23,618 nucleotides of DNA, taken from NCBI GenBank assembly GCA_051748045.1, contig JBNJGY010000031.1:1-23618 (forward strand), in the 5' to 3' direction. A program made the translations under genes and the position numbers. The stretch's first letter is position 1. Each line of letters starts with the position of its first letter. Of the stretch, positions 18,025-23,618 are shown piece after piece. A model generated the notes under the pieces. That model saw only the letters and a list, made by a program, of their open reading frames with translations, was not told the DNA's origin and ran no database searches. The stretch is from Thermotogota bacterium (GTDB lineage: Bacteria > Thermotogota > Thermotogae > Petrotogales > Petrotogaceae).

Positions 18025-19487
18025 TACTTGTGGTATCTATTAGGAGTAACAAAAATATTAATACCTTTCTCTTTTAAAATTTCAAGATATTGTTCATCTT
18101 TTGGAAGAGCTGGAGGAACTATAACATTCTTAATATTCCAATCTTCTATTTTTTTAATAATGTAATCACTGTTAATTGGTGAATCAAAAATGAGGGTTCC
18201 TTCTTTTATTTCACCTTGGTACTCATCAGCGATTATATCTAAAATATTAAGGGCTATTTTTCTATTTAGAGCACCTTGAACCCCTGAATAAATTTTATTT
18301 CCATTGACATAAACAATTGTATCTGATTTATGTTGTTTTGCAATTTCAAAAGCTATTTTTTCATCATACTCAATATCTAAATTTAAGTCTCTTGATTCTT
18401 GTTTTACAACTAAGTCCCCATCTATTAGGTATTCATAATTTTTATCTATAATATGTTTATCCATTTTAAAAACCATAGATTTATAACTCAATAATTTTTC
18501 TTGATCCAAATCCTGTGTAGTTAATATACAATCAATCTTAAATTCTTTCAATTCCTTGATTAATTCTTTATTATTTGTAAAAATAACCCCACCTCTCATT
18601 TTACTTGCTTGGTTTAAAAATGATTTATAATCTTTTTCTGAAGGATCATTATATCCAAATACAAAAACTCCTTTTTTAGCAAAACCTAAAAAATCTTTGT
18701 CTGTTTTAGAAACCACATTATATAAAAGTTTTACATCTTTTAATATTCTGAGAGTTGGACTTTTATGTTTAGTCATATTTTCCAAATAATCAAACATACT
18801 TTCTTTTTCCGAAATTTTCAATAATGTTGCTTCCTGTAAAGGATTAGATCCATATCTAAGCATACCTATAATTTCAAAAAATTCATGTTCATACTTTTCG
18901 GAAGCAAAAAGTTCGGAAAATATTTTATGTATTGTTGAATCATATCTCGATGTAGAATAAAAAGATTTAAGAGCTAATTTCCTCCTATTATGTAAAGGTA
19001 CATCTCCGCAATCTTCTATACTATCAATAATGTTTCTGTAATCTGCTGGATCAACAATAGGAACAACATCTCTATAATTTTTTGCAGCTGCCCTTAATAA
19101 TGCCAACCCACCAATATCTATATATTCTAACAACTGTTCTTCTTTTGTAGTGCTTTCAGCAACTTTATCAAAAGGATATAAATTAACAACTACTAAATCT
19201 ATCCTTGAAATATCCAAATCTTTTAGATCAGAATCATGTTCTTTATTACCAACCTTTGCTAAGACCCCGCCAAAAAGTTTTGGATGAATACTTTTTACTC
19301 TACCATTTAAAATCTCAGGAGTAGATGTATAATCTTGAATTTTTGTTACTTTTATACCTTTGCTTTCTAAATATTCAGCTGTTCCTCCAGTAGAAATGAT
19401 TTCTACATGGTTATCGTATAAAAAACTTGCGAATTCTTCAAGCCCTTCTTTATTATAAGTTGAAATTATTGCTTTTTTTATATTCAT
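18021..19487 (-). CDS. purH: PurH-like protein: intact IMP cyclohydrolase (MGS-like) domain plus degenerate AICAR transformylase domain
   Basis: STGGT, GRVKSIHP, VNLYPF, IDIGG, RAAAKN and LRYGSNPLQ present; transformylase motifs KHxNPCG and SDAFFPF absent. Confidence 0.75.
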   Translation of the reverse strand: MNIKKAIISTYNKEGLEEFASFLYDNHVEIISTGGTAEYLESKGIKVTKIQDYTSTPEILNGRVKSIHPKLFGGVLAKVGNKEHDSDLKDLDISRIDLVVVNLYPFDKVAESTTKEEQLLEYIDIGGLALLRAAAKNYRDVVPIVDPADYRNIIDSIEDCGDVPLHNRRKLALKSFYSTSRYDSTIHKIFSELFASEKYEHEFFEIIGMLRYGSNPLQEATLLKISEKESMFDYLENMTKHKSPTLRILKDVKLLYNVVSKTDKDFLGFAKKGVFVFGYNDPSEKDYKSFLNQASKMRGGVIFTNNKELIKELKEFKIDCILTTQDLDQEKLLSYKSMVFKMDKHIIDKNYEYLIDGDLVVKQESRDLNLDIEYDEKIAFEIAKQHKSDTIVYVNGNKIYSGVQGALNRKIALNILDIIADEYQGEIKEGTLIFDSPINSDYIIKKIEDWNIKNVIVPPALPKDEQYLEILKEKGINIFVTPNRYHKY

Positions 19488-19582
19488 TATCCTGCCTCCT
19501 ATTTTTTCTATTTACTATATTCTATCACTTGATTTATTAATTTTTTTTACAATCTTTAAAAATTTAGGAAGCAATTTCTTAA

Positions 19583-20905
19583 TCACAAGTATTTTAAATA
19601 CTTTTTGATCTCCCAATCTGTAACTTGTGTTCTGTATTCTAAAGCTTCTTGTTCTTTAATAGCAAGGAAACTCTTAGTTATATGCTCACCTAGAATACTT
19701 TGAATAAATTTGTCTTCTCTTAAAGCTATAATAGATTTTTCTAAAGACCCAGGAAGATTATCTATTCCTCTATGAATCTTTTCTTTTTCATTCAATTTAT
19801 AAATATTTTCAATAACTGGATCTTCTGGTTTAATTTGTTTTTTTATTCCTTCAAGACCTGCTGCAAAAACAACCGCTAAAAGTAAATATGGATTTGCAGT
19901 TGGATCTGGACTTCTTAACTCTGCTCTTGTTCCTTTACCTCTTGTAGAAGGAACTCTAATTAAAGCTGATCTATTTGAAACACTCCAAGCTATATTTGTT
20001 GGTGCTTCAAACCCAGGAACTAACCTTTTATAAGAATTAACAGTTGGGTTAGCAATAGCAGTAATAGCCTTAATATGTTTGATAATACCACCAATGAAAA
20101 ATCTTATTTTATCGCTTAATTCCCTTTCAGCATTTTTATCATAAAAAATATTTTCTCCGTCTTTAAACAAAGATAAATGTGTGTGCATTCCAGAACCATT
20201 AATATCAGCGAATGGTTTTGGCATAAAAGTTGCATGAAGACCTCTTAAAAGAGCTATAGTTTTAACTACCAATTTAAAAGTTTGAATGTTATCAGCTGTT
20301 TTCAACAACTCATCATATTCAAAATCAATCTCATGCTGAGAAGGAGCAACCTCATGATGAGATGCCTCAACATTAATTCTCATATCTTCAAAAGCTTCTA
20401 CAATATATTTTCTAGTTTCTTCTCCTAAATCAATAGGTAATAAATCAAAATAACCACCATCATCAACAAAATCTAAAACGGGATTAGATTTTTCGTCTTT
20501 TGGAAGCAAGAAAAATTCTGGCTCTGGTCCACAATGACCTTCATAACCGTATTCCTTCAACTCTTTAATAACTTTCTTCAAAACATATCTCGGGTCTCCA
20601 TCAAATGGTTCTCCCTCTGGAGTTTGTATATCACAAATAAGCCTTGCAACTTTCCCTTTTTCAACTGTCCAAGGTAAAACAGTAAAAGTGTCTATATCAG
20701 GTTTTAAAAGCATGTCTGATTCATCAATTCTTGCTAAACCTTCAATAGAAGACCCATCAAACATTGTCCCCTCTGTCAATGATTCTTCAAGTCTTGTCAC
20801 AGGAATCTCAACATTTTTGAGCATTCCATTGATATCTGTCACCTGTAACCTTACAAACTTTACTCCCTCTTTTGCGACTAAATCAATTAGTTCACCTTTT
20901 GTCAT
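19583..20905 (-). CDS. glnA: Glutamine synthetase type I
   Basis: FDGSSIEG, GPEPEFF, HHEVAPSQHEI, FMPKP, NGSGMH, YKRLVPGFEAP, NRSALIRVP, ELRSPD. Confidence 0.97.
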   Translation of the reverse strand: MTKGELIDLVAKEGVKFVRLQVTDINGMLKNVEIPVTRLEESLTEGTMFDGSSIEGLARIDESDMLLKPDIDTFTVLPWTVEKGKVARLICDIQTPEGEPFDGDPRYVLKKVIKELKEYGYEGHCGPEPEFFLLPKDEKSNPVLDFVDDGGYFDLLPIDLGEETRKYIVEAFEDMRINVEASHHEVAPSQHEIDFEYDELLKTADNIQTFKLVVKTIALLRGLHATFMPKPFADINGSGMHTHLSLFKDGENIFYDKNAERELSDKIRFFIGGIIKHIKAITAIANPTVNSYKRLVPGFEAPTNIAWSVSNRSALIRVPSTRGKGTRAELRSPDPTANPYLLLAVVFAAGLEGIKKQIKPEDPVIENIYKLNEKEKIHRGIDNLPGSLEKSIIALREDKFIQSILGEHITKSFLAIKEQEALEYRTQVTDWEIKKYLKYL

Positions 20906-20918
20906 AAATTCCCCTCCT

Positions 20919-20958
20919 AAAAAGTAACAAAGCCGACACTTAATGCGTCGGCTATGTT
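20919..20958 (-). terminator. Terminator-like hairpin inside the glnA 5' leader (putative attenuator)
   Basis: Minus strand AACATAGCCGACGC-ATTAA-GTGTCGGCTTTGTT followed by ACTTTTT and then the AGGAGG RBS. Confidence 0.65.
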
Positions 20959-21035
20959 GTGTATTTAAAAACTGTCCCCGTAGTTTTTATTTTCAAAAAT
21001 AGAGATTTAAGAACGTAATCAATTTTATTAGTCAT
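20952..21035 (-). CDS. Putative 27-aa leader peptide of glnA (MTNKIDYVLKSLFLKIKTTGTVFKYTT)
   Basis: ATG at 21035, TAG at 20954-20952 overlapping the 5' arm of the hairpin; only a weak RBS-like AGAAGCGA upstream. Confidence 0.35.
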   Translation of the reverse strand: MTNKIDYVLKSLFLKIKTTGTVFKYTT

Positions 21036-21052
21036 ACATCGCTTCTATTTGT

Positions 21053-21081
21053 ATTATATCACTATATTAATTCTTCGTCAA
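21053..21081 (-). promoter_or_regulatory. Sigma70-type promoter for glnA
   Basis: TTGACG (21081-21076)-N17-TATAAT (21058-21053) with an extended TG. Confidence 0.75.
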
Positions 21082-21097
21082 CTGAAATCATTTTATC

Positions 21098-21126
21098 TTT
21101 ACAAAGGGTGTTAATAGTGATATAAT
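21098..21126 (+). promoter_or_regulatory. Promoter for tRNA-Glu
   Basis: TTTACA-N17-TATAAT with an extended TG, back-to-back with the glnA promoter. Confidence 0.7.
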
Positions 21127-21141
21127 TAATCTAGCAAAAAT

Positions 21142-21216
21142 GGCCCCATAGGATAACGGCCAGTCCATCGGATTCTCAGTCCGAGAGTCGGGGTTCGATT
21201 CCCCGTGGGGCTGCCA
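21142..21216 (+). tRNA. tRNA-Glu (anticodon CTC)
   Basis: Acceptor stem GGCCCCA/TGGGGCT, anticodon arm TCGGA-TTCTCAG-TCCGA, T-arm CGGGG-TTCGATT-CCCCG, encoded CCA. Confidence 0.96.
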
Positions 21217-21258
21217 TAAAAAACAGGATTAGAACAAAAATTCTAATCCTGTTTTTTA
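21217..21258. terminator. Bidirectional terminator between tRNA-Glu and the convergent membrane-protein gene
   Basis: TAAAAAACAGGATTAGAA-N6-TTCTAATCCTGTTTTTTA. Confidence 0.85.
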
Positions 21259-21756
21259 TTATTTTCTCTTTTTGAAGAGTATTAACAGTCCTATTAATAT
21301 GAAAGCTGCTCCGATTATAGAACCACCTATTGCTGTTGTTGTTAAATTGGTCAATAAAAATATCAATCCCAATACAGATAATATTCCTACTGGAACTAGT
21401 AAGCCTTTTTCCCTTTTTCCAAAATAATAAAGTTGGAAGAGCCCAAAGGCAGGAGCAAGTATAAATATAGGCCATAGTAAATCCATGTATTTGAAATTTG
21501 TAAAAATGTTAAAATAGAAAAAAGTACCTATTACTAATAGTATTCCTCCAGGTACCAATTCGCCTGCATCTTTTGAATTTCTTTTTGTGAAGAAATCTAA
21601 TTCCATACTTAATCCTGGAACAAGAATAAATAACGGCCATATGTATTCCCAAATATTTCTGTCATCAAAAACTCCAAAAATTAATAGAACACCTATCGCT
21701 AGAAACAAAAGCCCATAAATTACTTTACTTAAATCTTTAATTACAACCACCCCCAA
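21259..21756 (-). CDS. Membrane protein with repeated WP-x-F-I-L motifs (LiaF/LiaI-TM or DUF5668-like)
   Basis: About 6 TM segments, duplicated 'WPLFILVPG' / 'WPIFILAPA' units; start codon uncertain. Confidence 0.7.
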   Translation of the reverse strand: MGVVVIKDLSKVIYGLLFLAIGVLLIFGVFDDRNIWEYIWPLFILVPGLSMELDFFTKRNSKDAGELVPGGILLVIGTFFYFNIFTNFKYMDLLWPIFILAPAFGLFQLYYFGKREKGLLVPVGILSVLGLIFLLTNLTTTAIGGSIIGAAFILIGLLILFKKRK

Positions 21757-21809
21757 ATGATATTTATTCTATTATACTATATATTTATTTATTTTTTTTA
21801 AAATTTTAC

Positions 21810-21839
21810 TTGAAAATAGTTAGGTTTTCGTATTATAAT
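21810..21839 (+). promoter_or_regulatory. Putative promoter for the aldo/keto reductase gene
   Basis: TTGAAA-N18-TATAAT, followed by AGGAGG RBS. Confidence 0.5.
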
Positions 21840-21860
21840 TGATATAAGGAGGGATAATTT

Positions 21861-22994
21861 ATGCAGTATAGAGAACTTGGAAATACAGGAGAAAAGGTTT
21901 CAGTTTTAGGTTTTGGTTGTATGAGATTTCAAACTATCGGTGAAGGAAACGAAAACATCGATGAAGAATTAGCTATAAAACAATTGAGACATGCAATAGA
22001 TAACGGAGTTAATTATGTCGACACAGCTTATCCATATCATGGTGGAAACAGCGAATTGTTAGTAGCTAAAGCATTAAAGGATGGCTATAGAGAAAAAGTT
22101 TATCTAGCAGATAAATTACCTTCATGGTTGATTAAATCAAGAGATGATATGGACAAATATTTAAATGAACAATTAGAAAAGTTAGAAACAGATCATATTG
22201 ATTTTTTTCTTTTACATGCTTTGAGAAAAGATTTTTGGGATAATTATCTAAAAAATGATGTTTTTGATTTCATTAAAAAAGCAAAAGAATCCGGAAAAAT
22301 TAAACATATTGGTTTTTCTTTTCATGATGAGCTTCCTGTTTTTAAAGAAATAGTAGACGCTTATGACTGGGATTTTTGTCAAATTCAATATAATTTCATG
22401 GATGAAGATTATCAAGCTGGTTTAGAAGGATTAAATTACGCTGCAGATAAAGGCTTAGGGATAATTGTTATGGAACCTCTAAGAGGAGGCAGTTTAACAA
22501 ACAACCTCCCTGAAGATATTCAAAAAATTTGGAATTCTGCTGATATAAAAAGATCACCTGCTGAATGGGCGCTTAGATTTGTTTGGAACAATCCAAAAGT
22601 TGACCTTTTATTAAGTGGGATGAACCAATTTAACCATATAGACGAGAATATAAGAGTCGCTGATGATGCTCTTCCAAATAGTCTTACAGAAAAAGAACTT
22701 GGTATCATTGAAAAAGTAAGAAAGGTTTATGATAGCCGAATAAAAGTAGATTGTACAAGTTGTAAATATTGTCTACCTTGTCCAGAGGGAGTTATGATTC
22801 CTAATATTTTCTCTCTTTATAACAACGCAAGTATATATAACACTTGGGAATCACAAAAGAAAGGATATGCTAATTTAGAAAAACAAGGAAAAGCTGCTGA
22901 CAAATGTATTGAATGTGGCCTTTGTGAAGAAGCTTGTCCACAAAATATACCTATCAGAGAAAAACTAAAAGAAGCAAGAGCAGCTTTAACATAA
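21861..22994 (+). CDS. Aldo/keto reductase with C-terminal 4Fe-4S dicluster domain
   Basis: LGFGCMR, DTAYPYHGGNSE, IGFSFH, MEPLRGG; CxxCxxCxPCP and CxxCxxCxxxCP motifs. Confidence 0.93.
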   Translation: MQYRELGNTGEKVSVLGFGCMRFQTIGEGNENIDEELAIKQLRHAIDNGVNYVDTAYPYHGGNSELLVAKALKDGYREKVYLADKLPSWLIKSRDDMDKYLNEQLEKLETDHIDFFLLHALRKDFWDNYLKNDVFDFIKKAKESGKIKHIGFSFHDELPVFKEIVDAYDWDFCQIQYNFMDEDYQAGLEGLNYAADKGLGIIVMEPLRGGSLTNNLPEDIQKIWNSADIKRSPAEWALRFVWNNPKVDLLLSGMNQFNHIDENIRVADDALPNSLTEKELGIIEKVRKVYDSRIKVDCTSCKYCLPCPEGVMIPNIFSLYNNASIYNTWESQKKGYANLEKQGKAADKCIECGLCEEACPQNIPIREKLKEARAALT

Positions 22995-22997
22995 ATT

Positions 22998-23028
22998 AAA
23001 TGCCGAATCATTAGATTCGGCATTTTTT
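22998..23028. terminator. Terminator between convergent genes
   Basis: AAATGCCGAATC-ATTA-GATTCGGCATTT plus a T-run; the loop overlaps the PfkB stop codon. Confidence 0.8.
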
Positions 23029-23616
23029 ATATATATATCTTTTTAATTCATCTTCAGTTAAAAATCCTTCAGAAGCACTTTTTTCTCCTATTTTATATCC
23101 TGCAAAAAATATTGCTTTCTTTAATGCTTCATAAGAGTCTTCACCTTTTGCATAAAAATGAGTGAAAGAAGAAAACAGAGAATCTCCAGCTCCAATAGTA
23201 TTTACAATTGGTCTTATATCTACAGCTTTGAAATGTTTGATTTCTTTTTTTTCTGCATCATGTATTAAAGCACCTTTTTTACCAAGGCCAATTACTATAA
23301 TTTTATTTTTGAATTTATTATAAGTTTCTTCTATAAAATTTTCAGGATTCTTTATATTCTCATCTGACATAAAAAGAATATCAGAATATTTCATATAATC
23401 TTTGTTATAATCATCTTCTAAATCTTGAATAGCGTGAACGTCAGAGGCTATGAGTTTATTCATATTTTTAGCTATTTTTAAATACTTTCTTGAAAAATTT
23501 ATGTTGCATAGAACTACCGTATCTGCTTTTTCTATACTTTTTTCAAAAACATTTTGCGGGTAATCTGTTTCCTGGATATTTTTCAGATCAACATTTATAG
23601 ATCTTTTCCCTTCATT
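23011..23616 (-). CDS. PfkB/ribokinase-family carbohydrate kinase (5' part lies beyond the window end)
   Basis: C-terminal signature VNTIGAGDSLFSSF; frame stays open from 23463 to the window edge (…VVLCNINFSRKYLKIAKNM…). Confidence 0.88.
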   Translation of the reverse strand, partial: NEGKRSINVDLKNIQETDYPQNVFEKSIEKADTVVLCNINFSRKYLKIAKNMNKLIASDVHAIQDLEDDYNKDYMKYSDILFMSDENIKNPENFIEETYNKFKNKIIVIGLGKKGALIHDAEKKEIKHFKAVDIRPIVNTIGAGDSLFSSFTHFYAKGEDSYEALKKAIFFAGYKIGEKSASEGFLTEDELKRYIYKKCRI

Positions 23617-23618
23617 AT

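Noticed and set aside
19488-19582. ZTP or purine riboswitch upstream of purH
   Set aside because: Short, almost purely A/T spacer with only a weak imperfect hairpin; no aptamer consensus
20688-23023. ORFs 20688..20927, 21176..21475, 22520..22708, 22817..23023
   Set aside because: Antisense or out-of-frame overlaps. 21176..21475 ends in the typical antisense-tRNA translation (MAAPRGIEPR)
21142-23618. Genomic island integrated at tRNA-Glu
   Set aside because: No integrase and no duplicated tRNA 3' end visible; downstream genes have ordinary composition
1-23618. CRISPR array, IS element, prophage or defence system
   Set aside because: No regularly spaced repeats, transposase, phage or nuclease-like ORFs detected by eye

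Overview
AT-rich bacterial chromosomal window, most likely Thermotogota (Petrotogales-like). This is inferred from the secG-tyrS-ompA(SLH/coiled-coil)-ompB(beta-barrel) toga-envelope gene order. Most of it is core genome: tyrS, secG, a LacI regulator, lepA, uvrB, a HAD hydrolase, two ECF ATPases, an RsmC/YbxB-like methyltransferase, SRP RNA (ffs), a purH-like gene, glnA, tRNA-Glu(CTC), an aldo/keto reductase and a partial PfkB kinase. No mobile element, CRISPR array or prophage is visible. Four observations stand out. (1) The ~140-nt glnA leader has a near-consensus promoter, a 27-aa uORF and a terminator-like hairpin just before the RBS, making it a candidate undescribed attenuator or riboswitch. 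(2) The full-length PurH has an intact IMP cyclohydrolase half but has lost the AICAR transformylase catalytic motifs. (3) A second, very AT-rich barrel-like gene follows ompB, and two more orphan outer-membrane candidates occur further along. (4) The SRP RNA precursor can form an alternative 5' hairpin.
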